From: Labilithrix sp.
Lineage (GTDB): Bacteria; Myxococcota_A; Polyangia; Polyangiales; Polyangiaceae
NCBI GenBank assembly: GCA_044227045.1
Contig: JBGAFW010000042.1
Span: 1-32,000, forward strand
DNA length: 32,000 nt
Direction of reading: 5' to 3'
The notes below the pieces were generated by a model, which ran no database searches, was not told the origin of the DNA, and saw nothing but the letters and a program-made list of their open reading frames with translations. Positions 1 to 8,074 of this stretch are shown here, piece by piece. The position numbers and the translations under genes are program-made. Every line of letters begins with the position of its first letter. Within the stretch, counting starts at the first letter, position 1.

Positions 1-12
1 GGCTTTCACACG

Positions 13-1686
13 ATGCTCCTGTTCGTGTTGCCGTGGCTCACCGGAGCGCTCGTGGGCGTCGTGTTCGACGTGCAGGAGGTGTCGGAGACCTCGGGGCAGT
101 TCGCGAGCTTCTTCGCGATCGTCGTCGTCCCACTCCTGATCCTGCAGCTGGTCGCGATCACGGTGAAGGTGAGCCGTGACATTCGCGTCGAGCGGGCGGA
201 GGGGCGTCGTGGATTCGGCGTGCTCGTCGCCGCGATCGACCGGCACGTGCGCATCCTCACGAACCGCGGCATCGGGATGGCGGTCGTCTCGATGATTATG
301 GTCGCGCTCGCGCTGAGCGCGAAGTGGGGCCAGTTCGGCGTCCTCGCGATCGCCGGGCTCGCGATCATGTACATCGCGTCGACCTCTGCGACGATCGTGA
401 GCGCGTTCTCGGTGCGCGCCTTCGACGATCGCGTCCGGCGAGGGCGCGGGGCGATCGATCGCGAGATGTCGCCCACCGTCGTGGACGCAGGGGACGCCGT
501 CGAGGAGCGCTTCTTCCTCGCGCGCGTCCCGGTCCCGCCGGGCTTTCGTCTCCACATCGAAGAGGAGCTCCCGTTTCGGCTCGGCGGCGACACGAGGTTT
601 GCGCTCGATCGCAGCGTGTCGCGCGCCGAGGTGACGGTGAGCGCTCCGCTGCCGCGCACGCCACGTGGCCTCTACAAGCTCGGGCCGGCCGACATCTGGT
701 ACGAGGACATCCTCGGGCTCACCCGCGTGTACGTCGCCGCGCGCGCGACCACGTCGCTTCGCGCCTTGCCTCGCCTGCGGCCGGTGGTGTTCGAGCGACG
801 GCCGCGATCGAGCGCCAAGTCGGAGGGACCGCTCAGCGTCCTCTCTCGCATCGCGACCGAAGAGCACTTTCGCACGCGGCAATACGTGCCGGGGGACGAC
901 CTGCGACGCGTCCATTGGAAGCAGTCGATCAACACGGGCAACTTGATGGTGCGCGTGCCGGAGTCGATCCCGTATGCGCCGACGCGCGTGCGCCTCGTGC
1001 TCGATACGTTTCTCCCGCCGGGCTGGCGCATGGCCGCGAACGCGGGAGGACGCGCGCTGAAGAAGGGCGAACGCGCGGTCGCGCGCGCGCCCGACGCGAT
1101 GGACGACGTGCTCGATCTCCTGGTCGAAGGATGGATCGGCCTCGCGCACATGCTCCTCAAGCGCGGAGAGAAGGTCACGCTCGTCGCGCCGGTGCGTGAT
1201 CCGGACACGCTCCAGACAGTGATCCGCGAGATCGAATGCAAGCGCGGCGAAGAGCGCAAGTGGCGCGCGATAGGCTCGGACGCGGTGTGGCAGCACGACG
1301 TCACGCCCGACTCGCTCCAGACGCAGATGGATCCGAAGAACCCGAAGGCGAGCGCGATCTTCGTCTCGGCCGGCCTCTTCTTCCAGTCACGCCCCGTCCC
1401 CGGCACGAGCTTCGTCATCGCCGACGGCGCCTCGGCGGTCCCCGACGAGCCGGCCGACGATCTCGGCATGCTCCGGAGATTCTTCATCTCGGATTATCCC
1501 GTCGGCGCCGACGACAACAAGCTCGACATCAAGAAGCTCTTCGCGCCGAAGCCGCCGAAGGCAGAGAAGGTCCGCGCCGAGCTCGCCCGCGCGACCGCCG
1601 CGGCGATCGAGCACGCCCGATCGAACAGCGCGCCCGTCGTCATCGCGCGCCGCCGCGGCTTGAACATCTCGCTCGAGGCTCCGTAG
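13..1686 (+). CDS. DUF58 family protein with N-terminal transmembrane segments (possibly 5'-truncated by the window edge)
   Basis: 557-aa ORF with the DUF58-type signature 'YVPGDDLRRVHWKQSINTGNLMVRV'. The N-terminal ~130 aa are hydrophobic. The frame is open back to base 1 (GFHT precedes the ATG). Composition is protein-like, unlike the Arg-rich overlapping ORFs. Confidence 0.7.
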   Translation: MLLFVLPWLTGALVGVVFDVQEVSETSGQFASFFAIVVVPLLILQLVAITVKVSRDIRVERAEGRRGFGVLVAAIDRHVRILTNRGIGMAVVSMIMVALALSAKWGQFGVLAIAGLAIMYIASTSATIVSAFSVRAFDDRVRRGRGAIDREMSPTVVDAGDAVEERFFLARVPVPPGFRLHIEEELPFRLGGDTRFALDRSVSRAEVTVSAPLPRTPRGLYKLGPADIWYEDILGLTRVYVAARATTSLRALPRLRPVVFERRPRSSAKSEGPLSVLSRIATEEHFRTRQYVPGDDLRRVHWKQSINTGNLMVRVPESIPYAPTRVRLVLDTFLPPGWRMAANAGGRALKKGERAVARAPDAMDDVLDLLVEGWIGLAHMLLKRGEKVTLVAPVRDPDTLQTVIREIECKRGEERKWRAIGSDAVWQHDVTPDSLQTQMDPKNPKASAIFVSAGLFFQSRPVPGTSFVIADGASAVPDEPADDLGMLRRFFISDYPVGADDNKLDIKKLFAPKPPKAEKVRAELARATAAAIEHARSNSAPVVIARRRGLNISLEAP

Positions 1687-1688
1687 TC

Positions 1689-2972
1689 ATGGGGGCGAGC
1701 CGCACACGCGTCCCGCGCTGGACGCCGCCGTTCGTCGACGCCGTTCGCCTCGCCTGGCGTCCGATCGTCGCTTACAACGTCTTCGTCGCGCTCGGGTCGC
1801 TCGTCATGCTGCTCACCGCGGCGTGGTATGCGCATCGCAACGACAAGGACGTCATCATCATTTTTCTCGGCCTCGCCGCGGGCGTGATCGGCGTGCTCCT
1901 CGGTCAAGCGATCGCGCTGCTTCGTTTCCGCGCGCTGCCGGTGTTCATGGTCACGGCGTTCTGCGGAGTGATCGCGATCTGGATGCTCAGCCAGTCGCAT
2001 GCGCCCGGCGGCGAATACGTCGCGATCCCGATCCTGTTCTTCATCTTCGCGTTTCCGTGCGGCCTCCTCTCGCTCATGCATCGCTACGAGCTGATCGCGT
2101 CGTTCTGGCCGGCGGTCGGATGGATCGGTGGCGTGTTCATCATCCTCAACGAAGAGGGCCGCGTTCACACGTGGGAAGAGAGCAAGATCAAGGCGTGGCT
2201 GCCGGTCCCGCTCGCGTACCTCGCGGGGTTTCTCTTGTGCTGGCTCATCTACCTCGCCGCCAAGCAGGCGACGCGCGTCGAGATGTGGCAAGCGCTCTCG
2301 GGGGCGATGGCTCGCCGCGTGTCACGGAAGAAAGAGACGCGCGTGAGCGCGCTGCCGCGGCGAAACATCCTGCCGCTCCTCGTCCTCACGCTGCTCCTCT
2401 TCGGAGGCGTCGCCGTCCTCGCCCCGTATCTCTGGCGCACCGGGAAGGGCGATCACGAGGCGCACGAGCCGCACGAAGGCAAAGAGCAGAGACCGCTGCC
2501 CGAGCCGCCGCCGATCGACGGCGAGGGCATCATGCGCCAGATGCAGAAGCTCGCGGACGCCGCCAAAGAGACGCTGCCGAAGCTCTGGCCGCTGCTCTTC
2601 TTGCTCGTCCTCTATCGCCCGGCCAAGCGCGCGCTGCTCCTCACGCACCTGAAGGCCCCGATCACGCCCACGCCGCCCTCCGAGCGCATCGACAACCTGT
2701 GGGAGTACGTCCGGATCGCGGCCGAAGACGTCGGGATCGTCCCGACAGCCTCCGACTCGGTCGAGGGTCTCTTGAAGCGCGTGCCGCCGAAGCTCCAATC
2801 GCCGGCGCTCGTGCAGGCCGCCGAAATCTACATCCGCACGCGCTACGGCTTCACGGTGAAGAAGGGCGACGCGATGCTCATGCGCCTCCACGCGACGCAG
2901 GCCGCGAAGGATCTCCGGCGCGATCAGGGCGGCTGGAACGCCTTCACGAACTGGTGGCGCGGCCTCTCGTAG
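1689..2972 (+). CDS. Polytopic membrane protein (~7-8 TM) with DUF4129-like C-terminal domain
   Basis: The ATG at 1689 lies 2 nt after the DUF58 stop (TAG 1684-1686), in frame with track ORF 1236..2972, whose upstream part is Arg-rich nonsense overlapping DUF58. Hydrophobic helices are repeated. The C-terminal 'PSERIDNLWEYVRIAAEDVGIVPTASDSVEGLL...AAEIYIRTRYG' resembles DUF4129, which typically follows DUF58/MoxR genes. Confidence 0.55.
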   Translation: MGASRTRVPRWTPPFVDAVRLAWRPIVAYNVFVALGSLVMLLTAAWYAHRNDKDVIIIFLGLAAGVIGVLLGQAIALLRFRALPVFMVTAFCGVIAIWMLSQSHAPGGEYVAIPILFFIFAFPCGLLSLMHRYELIASFWPAVGWIGGVFIILNEEGRVHTWEESKIKAWLPVPLAYLAGFLLCWLIYLAAKQATRVEMWQALSGAMARRVSRKKETRVSALPRRNILPLLVLTLLLFGGVAVLAPYLWRTGKGDHEAHEPHEGKEQRPLPEPPPIDGEGIMRQMQKLADAAKETLPKLWPLLFLLVLYRPAKRALLLTHLKAPITPTPPSERIDNLWEYVRIAAEDVGIVPTASDSVEGLLKRVPPKLQSPALVQAAEIYIRTRYGFTVKKGDAMLMRLHATQAAKDLRRDQGGWNAFTNWWRGLS

Positions 2973-3918
2973 GAGGACGCCGGCCCTCGAGGAGCTCTCG
3001 CTCCTTGGCGAGGCCGAGCGCGAGCGCGTCGGTGATCGCGCGCACGCGGGCGGTGCGGCGTAGATCTTCGTGCGTGAGGATCCAGAGCTCGGTCGCGAGC
3101 TCGTCGATCGTGCCCGCGCGGACGCGCTGGAGCGCCGGCATCGTGTCGCCCACGTAACACGGCAGCGCCGCGACGCCCGCACCAGACGCCGCGCCATGCG
3201 CGAGCGCCATCACGCTGTCGAAGCGCATCGCGATCGTCACGTCGGATGGGAGCGCCCGCGCCATCCACTTCGCGATCGTCGTCTGCGCGAGGCTCTCGTC
3301 GAGGCCGAGCCACACGTGCTTGGCGAAGTCGACCCGCGCCGGGACGCGATCGAAGTACCGCGGGGTCGCGTAGATCGCCATCGCGAGCTCGGCGACGCGC
3401 CGGCCCACATAGCTGGGTGCCGCGCTCTTCGACGGACGCACAGCGACCTCGGCGTCGCGACGCGCGAGGCTCAGCATCGTGTTCGTCGTCGTCATGTCGA
3501 TGCGCACGCCGCTGTGCTCCGCGCGGAACGCCTGGATGATCTTGGGCAGCACGGTCAGCGCGAGCGTGTCGGTCGTGGTGAGCCGGATCGTCCCCTCGAG
3601 CCGCAGATCTTCGCCCGCGATGCGTCGCTCCGCGTCGACGAAGAGCTCCTGCATCTGCCTTGCGCTGGCGACGAGCTTCTCTCCGGCGGGTGAGAGGACA
3701 TGGCCGGTCGTGCGACGCTCGAACAGCTGCGTGCCGAGCTGCTCCTCGACCGCGCGGATACGCCGGAGCACCGTCGTGTGGTTCACGCCGAGGAGACGTG
3801 CGGCGGTGACGAGCGAGCCCTTCTCCGCCAGCGCCAGGACGAAGGGAAGCGCGCCCCAATCGACGCCGGATCGTTCGGGCGCGGGCGTTCTCGAGTTGGC
3901 GCGGGCGTTCTTGTGCAT
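2944..3918 (-). CDS. LysR family transcriptional regulator
   Basis: N-terminal wHTH 'LPFVLALAEKGSLVTAARLLGVNHTTVLRRIRAVEEQLGTQLFERRTTGHVLSPAGEKL' followed by a LysR substrate-binding-type C-terminus. I chose the second Met (ATG at 3918, 'MHKNARAN...') rather than the track start at 3969. The 3' end overlaps the convergent gene by 29 nt. Confidence 0.85.
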   Translation of the reverse strand: MHKNARANSRTPAPERSGVDWGALPFVLALAEKGSLVTAARLLGVNHTTVLRRIRAVEEQLGTQLFERRTTGHVLSPAGEKLVASARQMQELFVDAERRIAGEDLRLEGTIRLTTTDTLALTVLPKIIQAFRAEHSGVRIDMTTTNTMLSLARRDAEVAVRPSKSAAPSYVGRRVAELAMAIYATPRYFDRVPARVDFAKHVWLGLDESLAQTTIAKWMARALPSDVTIAMRFDSVMALAHGAASGAGVAALPCYVGDTMPALQRVRAGTIDELATELWILTHEDLRRTARVRAITDALALGLAKERELLEGRRPPTRGRATSS

Positions 3919-3971
3919 ATCTGCACACGTATTATGCGTCTCTGCATATTCCGTTGCAACGGAGCACACCT
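3919..3971. promoter_or_regulatory. Divergent LysR/DoxX control region with two dyad symmetries
   Basis: TATGC-N6-GCATA dyad at 3933-3948 and a perfect 12-bp palindrome CCGTTGCAACGG at 3951-3962 that overlaps the GGAG in front of ATG 3972. A CTGCA(C/T)A direct repeat occurs at 3921 and 3942. The location is the classic one for a LysR operator, but no exact T-N11-A match was found. Confidence 0.35.
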
Positions 3972-4502
3972 ATGCTCGAAGGCATCCCAAACGTCTTCTT
4001 GCACCACGGAGCTGACATCATGGCCGCCTCAACCACTGTCCCGGAGACCTCAACTTCCCCCTCTTCGTTGCCGGCGCTCGCCGGCGATCGCCTCGCCAGC
4101 CTCTCGGCATTCGGGCCCACGATCAGCCGCGTGGGGCTCGGCATCGTCTTCCTCGCGCACGCCTACGCGAAGGCGGCGCTGTTCACGTTCGCGGGGACGG
4201 AGGCCTTCTTCACCGCGCACGGGTTTCCGGGCTGGACGGTGTACCCGGTGTTCGCCGGTGAGGTGACGGGCGGCCTCGCGCTCATCGCAGGTTTTCGTGT
4301 CCGCGCGGCGTCGATCGCGCTCATCCCGATCATGCTTGGGGCGATCGTGCCGCACGTGAAGAACGGGTTCTGGTTCACGTCGCCGAACGGCGGCTGGGAG
4401 TATCCGGCGTTCCTCGTGCTTGCGCTTTTCGCGCAAGCGCTGGCCGGCGCGGGCGCGCTCTCGGCCTCGTCTCTCTGGGGCAACACGGCAACGAACAGGT
4501 AA
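3972..4502 (+). CDS. DoxX family membrane protein
   Basis: 'RVGLGIVFLAHAYAKAALFTFAGTEAFFTAHGFPGWTVYPVFAGEVTGGLALIAGFRVRAASIALIPIMLGAIVPHVKNGFW' is typical of the four-TM DoxX family. The start is ambiguous: ATG 3972 and ATG 4020 each have a GGAG 7-8 nt upstream, and the track uses TTG 3954. Confidence 0.75.
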   Translation: MLEGIPNVFLHHGADIMAASTTVPETSTSPSSLPALAGDRLASLSAFGPTISRVGLGIVFLAHAYAKAALFTFAGTEAFFTAHGFPGWTVYPVFAGEVTGGLALIAGFRVRAASIALIPIMLGAIVPHVKNGFWFTSPNGGWEYPAFLVLALFAQALAGAGALSASSLWGNTATNR

Positions 4503-4552
4503 CGACCGAGTCGCGCGAGCGCGGCGGAAGGCCTAGCATTCCGGCCATCAGC

Positions 4553-4690
4553 ATGAAGTCGTCGCTCCGCGGTTTGCTGCTTACCGGTCCGGTCGGTCTT
4601 GCCATCTTGACTTCCGCTTCGAGAGCGGCACCGACGGTCACGCCGATCCGTTTGGAGCCAAGGCCGCAGGTCAGGCTCGCGCCGGCCGGA
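4553..4690 (+). other. Orphan Sec signal-peptide ORF, out of frame with the downstream hydrolase (probable displaced 5' end of that gene)
   Basis: ATG 4553 encodes 'MKSSLRGLLLTGPVGLAILTSASRA/APTVTPIRLEPRPQVRLAPAG'. After about 4690 this frame degenerates into Arg/Ser-rich sequence. The downstream gene's frame becomes protein-like at about 4681. Confidence 0.4.
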
Positions 4691-4743
4691 TCAAGGACGC
4701 GGCGCAGATCATCCAGGGGCCGCTCGCGCGACACAAAGCACGC

Positions 4744-7056
4744 GTGGGCGACTTCATCCTCGCCAACGATCGCATCGCGCTCTACATCGAGCAAGAAGGC
4801 CGCGCGAACGGCTACAACCCCTTCGGCGGAGAGATCCTCGCGATCGAGAACGTCGGCGACGACGGTAAGCCGAAGGGCGTCTCGCTCTACAACGAGACGC
4901 TCATCGCGCTCTCTCGCCAGGCGGTGAAGCCCGACAAAGTGACCGTCCTCAACGATGGCTCCGATGGCAAGGCCGCCGTCATCCGCGCGTCGGGCGTGTT
5001 CACGAACATCCCGTTCATGGACACGTTCCGCGCCGTCTCGGCCGACGAGTACGATTTTCCCGGTGCGATCGACTACGTGCTCGAGCCGCACGCAGAGAAG
5101 GTGCTCATCCGCCTCTCGTTCGCGAACACGCGCGACGAGCCGGTCGACTTCACGAACCGGCAGAACATCGGCTTCTTCCAGTCGAGCAAGAGCAAGATCT
5201 TCACAGCGGCGAGCGGCTTCGCCAACCCGAAAGGCCCGACGCCTTGGGTGGCCTTCGACAGCGGCGAGTCTGGGTTTCTCTTTCGCGCGGTCGGCCAGGA
5301 CATGAACGCCGATCTCGAGGTGAGCGGCTTCCGTCTCTTCACGTTGAAAGGCCTCGGCGCGAACGCATGCGAGAAGAAGACGGTCGACTACCTCGAGCTC
5401 TCGACCGGAGCGCCAGGCATCGACGGCCTGCTCGAAGCGGAGCGGCGCGTGTACGCCGAGCCCGCATGGCGCGAGGTGAAAGGCACCTTGACCGAAGAGG
5501 GCGGCGGTCCGCTCGCCGGCGCGTGGATTCATGCGCTCTCGCCCGACGGCAAGTACCTCACGCGCACGCAAACGAACGCGAATGGGGAGCTCGTCCTTCA
5601 CGTCCCGAATGGGCCGGTGAGCTACGTCGCGTCGCTTCAAGGCTGGGCGCTCCCCGCCGCGACGCCGCCGAGCGACGCGGCCACGGTGACGCTCACGCTT
5701 CCACCACGCGCCACGATCGAAGTGAAGGCGACCGACGCGACGACGAGCGAGCCTCTCCCGGTTCGCGTGCAAGTCCTCCCGACGGCGGCGCCCGTGCCTG
5801 CGCCCGACGCGTATGGCCTCCACGAAGAGATCAACGGTCGGCTCTGGCAAGACTTCGCGATCACCGGCACGACGAAGCTCCCCGTCCCGCCGGGCGCGCA
5901 CCGCGTGATCGTGTCACGCGGCTACGAGTACGAGATCGTCGACACGCCGGTCACCGCCGAAGCGGGCAAGACCGTGACGGTCGAGGCGAAGCTCAAACAT
6001 ACCGTCGACACGACCGGCGTGATGTGCGCGGACTTCCACGTGCACTCGTTCTTCTCCGCCGACTCGTCCGATCCAGTCGAGGCGAAGGTGAAGGCCGCGG
6101 TCGCCGACGGCCTCGACATCCCCGTCTCGAGCGAGCACGAGTGGGTCGTCGACTTTCAACCCATCGTGCAGAAGCTCGGGCTGACGAAGTGGGCGTTCGG
6201 GATGCCGAGCGAGGAGCTCACCACCTTCACGTGGGGACACTTCGGCGTCGTTCCTCTTTATCCGAAGCCCGATCAAGCGAACAACGGCGCGGTCGACTGG
6301 GTCGGCAAGAAGCCGCCGGCGTTCTTCCATCAAGTGGCCGAGCTGCCCGAGAAGCCGGTCTTCATCGTCAACCATCCGAGCGGCACGGGCTTCTCGTCGT
6401 ACTTCACCGCGTCGGGCCTCGATCGCGCGAAGGCGTCGGGCGATCCGGAGCTCTGGACCGACGAGTTCGGCGCGGTCGAGGTCTTCAACGACAGCGACCT
6501 CGACGACAACCGAGACAAGTCCGTCGCCGACTACTTCGCGCTCCTCAACGCGGGCAAGACCATCTGGCTCGTCGGCAACTCGGACAGCCACGATCAACGC
6601 GGCACGTTCGTCGGCTATCCGCGCAACTGCATTCGCTTCGGCCACGACGATCCGGCGAAGCTCACCCCCGAGGCCGTCCGCGACGCCCTTCGCTCGGGCG
6701 CGTCGACCGTGAGCGGCGGCCTCTACATCACCGTCGAAGCACCAGGCGGCGTCGGCCCTGGCGGCACGGCATCGGCCGGCGCCTACAAGGTCGTCGTTCA
6801 GTCACCGAGCTGGTTCAGCGCGAAGTCGCTCGAGGTCATCATCGACGGCGCGACGACGGAGACGCAGCCGCTCACGCCCGTCGCGACGCCAGGACCGAAC
6901 GATCCCGGCAAGCGCTACGAGGCGACCATCAACGTGGCGCCCACGCAGAGCAAGCCTCGCCACTGGGTCGTCTTCCACGCGAAGGGAGATGGCGATCTCT
7001 CCCCGCTCCATCCGAAGCGAAAGCCCTTCGCGGTCTCGAACCCGATCTTCTTCTGA
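4744..7056 (+). CDS. PHP/CehA-McbA-like metallohydrolase with carboxypeptidase-regulatory-like beta domains
   Basis: 770-aa ORF from GTG 4744. Metal-binding motifs 'CADFHVHSFFSADSSDP' and 'LVGNSDSHD' match the PHP/CehA type. Beta-sandwich-like stretches include 'GAWIHALSPDGKYLTRTQTNANGELVLHVPNG'. The true start is probably further upstream (see findings). Confidence 0.6.
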   Translation: MGDFILANDRIALYIEQEGRANGYNPFGGEILAIENVGDDGKPKGVSLYNETLIALSRQAVKPDKVTVLNDGSDGKAAVIRASGVFTNIPFMDTFRAVSADEYDFPGAIDYVLEPHAEKVLIRLSFANTRDEPVDFTNRQNIGFFQSSKSKIFTAASGFANPKGPTPWVAFDSGESGFLFRAVGQDMNADLEVSGFRLFTLKGLGANACEKKTVDYLELSTGAPGIDGLLEAERRVYAEPAWREVKGTLTEEGGGPLAGAWIHALSPDGKYLTRTQTNANGELVLHVPNGPVSYVASLQGWALPAATPPSDAATVTLTLPPRATIEVKATDATTSEPLPVRVQVLPTAAPVPAPDAYGLHEEINGRLWQDFAITGTTKLPVPPGAHRVIVSRGYEYEIVDTPVTAEAGKTVTVEAKLKHTVDTTGVMCADFHVHSFFSADSSDPVEAKVKAAVADGLDIPVSSEHEWVVDFQPIVQKLGLTKWAFGMPSEELTTFTWGHFGVVPLYPKPDQANNGAVDWVGKKPPAFFHQVAELPEKPVFIVNHPSGTGFSSYFTASGLDRAKASGDPELWTDEFGAVEVFNDSDLDDNRDKSVADYFALLNAGKTIWLVGNSDSHDQRGTFVGYPRNCIRFGHDDPAKLTPEAVRDALRSGASTVSGGLYITVEAPGGVGPGGTASAGAYKVVVQSPSWFSAKSLEVIIDGATTETQPLTPVATPGPNDPGKRYEATINVAPTQSKPRHWVVFHAKGDGDLSPLHPKRKPFAVSNPIFF

Positions 7057-7098
7057 CCGATCTTCTTCTGACCGATCTTCTTCTGACCGATCTTCTTG
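7042..7098. repeat. 15-bp tandem repeat CCGATCTTCTTCTGA x3 plus a diverged fourth copy
   Basis: Perfect copies at 7042-7056, 7057-7071 and 7072-7086, and a partial copy 'ccgatcttcttg' at 7087-7098. Copy 1 supplies the last four codons and the stop (P-I-F-F-TGA) of the hydrolase gene. Confidence 0.9.
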
Positions 7099-7116
7099 TA
7101 CCGCCGGCGACGCTTC

Positions 7117-7914
7117 TCATGGCGTCAGCTGCATCGAGAAGCTCTTCAGGCGGTAGCCCTCCATGCCGCCGCCTTTGAACGTCTGCTTCGCAGGGCCGAG
7201 CGCCTCGAACGGAGTCGCGCTCGAGGTGAGGCGCGTCTGCACCGCGAGATCGCATCCGCTAGCGCCGCTCTTCAGCTTGAGCTTCGACGAGTCGAAGCTG
7301 AGTGGGTAGCTCTGCTCGCATTTGCCCGGCGCGGTGGTGGGCGAGCAGAGGTCGATCTGTTGCGACTCGCCTTCGATGCAGGAGCCTCCGACCTCGGCCT
7401 TCGCTTGGAGCGACGGGCCGAAGAAGCCTGGCCACTTCGAGAGATCGGGCGCCGGGTCGACATCGACCGCGACGCTCTGCCCAAGCTTCACGCTCGCAGG
7501 CGGCGACTTGATGACGAAGGCCTTGTAGAGCTTCATCGTCGTCTTCACGCGTTCGAGGTTGCGGACGAACGTGATCGCGACGTCGGTGTCGCCAGCGGGC
7601 GCCGGGGTGATCTCCGCGATGTAGTGCACCTTGCCGTCGAGATCGACGCGCTCGACGCTCGGCACGCGGGCGCCGTTGACGTCGATCTCGAACGCGTCGC
7701 CGCCGCGCAGCCGGACGAAGCCCTTCGTGCCGAGAAGCGCGGTGTAGATGCGGAGCGACCCTTCGTCCGCGAACGCGCCGTACGAGGCGTTCATCTCGCC
7801 GAGCGCATACGAGTCGGAGTACTCCTCCGAGGAGCTGCTCGTCGTCGACGTACACCCGACGCCGGCGAACGCGAGCGCGATCGAAAAGACCATCCAAGAG
7901 CGTGCAAGCTGCAT
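7117..7914 (-). CDS. Hypothetical lipoprotein
   Basis: The 265-aa ORF starts 'MQLARSWMVFSIALAFAGVGC/TSTTSSSSEE', a signal peptide with a lipobox-like GVGC. The mature part is Cys-containing and beta-rich. I recognise no family. Confidence 0.6.
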   Translation of the reverse strand: MQLARSWMVFSIALAFAGVGCTSTTSSSSEEYSDSYALGEMNASYGAFADEGSLRIYTALLGTKGFVRLRGGDAFEIDVNGARVPSVERVDLDGKVHYIAEITPAPAGDTDVAITFVRNLERVKTTMKLYKAFVIKSPPASVKLGQSVAVDVDPAPDLSKWPGFFGPSLQAKAEVGGSCIEGESQQIDLCSPTTAPGKCEQSYPLSFDSSKLKLKSGASGCDLAVQTRLTSSATPFEALGPAKQTFKGGGMEGYRLKSFSMQLTP

Positions 7915-8027
7915 GGATGGCCTCGAAGCGATTTTCGTACCACCACGCTCACCTCACGAAAGCCTGGAAATCCAGCCTCTGCGATGGCTGGGCCCTGTTG
8001 CTTCGTGAAGATGGTGTGGTCGCGGCG

Positions 8028-8053
8028 CGACTGGACGTGAGCACGTCCAGTCG
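8028..8053 (-). terminator. Perfect 11-bp stem / 4-nt loop hairpin downstream of the NHL lipoprotein gene
   Basis: CGACTGGACGT-gagc-ACGTCCAGTCG lies 22 nt past the minus-strand stop at 8075-8077. No U-tract follows on the minus strand, so intrinsic-terminator function is uncertain. Confidence 0.4.
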
Positions 8054-8074
8054 TCGCTCGAGTCGCGCAACGCC

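Noticed and set aside
4375-7178. Long overlapping ORFs 4375..5901 (-, 508 aa) and 5244..7178 (+, 644 aa)
   Set aside because: Both are extremely Arg/Ala/Gly-rich with no motifs. They lie entirely over the well-formed hydrolase frame and are typical stop-poor shadow frames of high-GC DNA.
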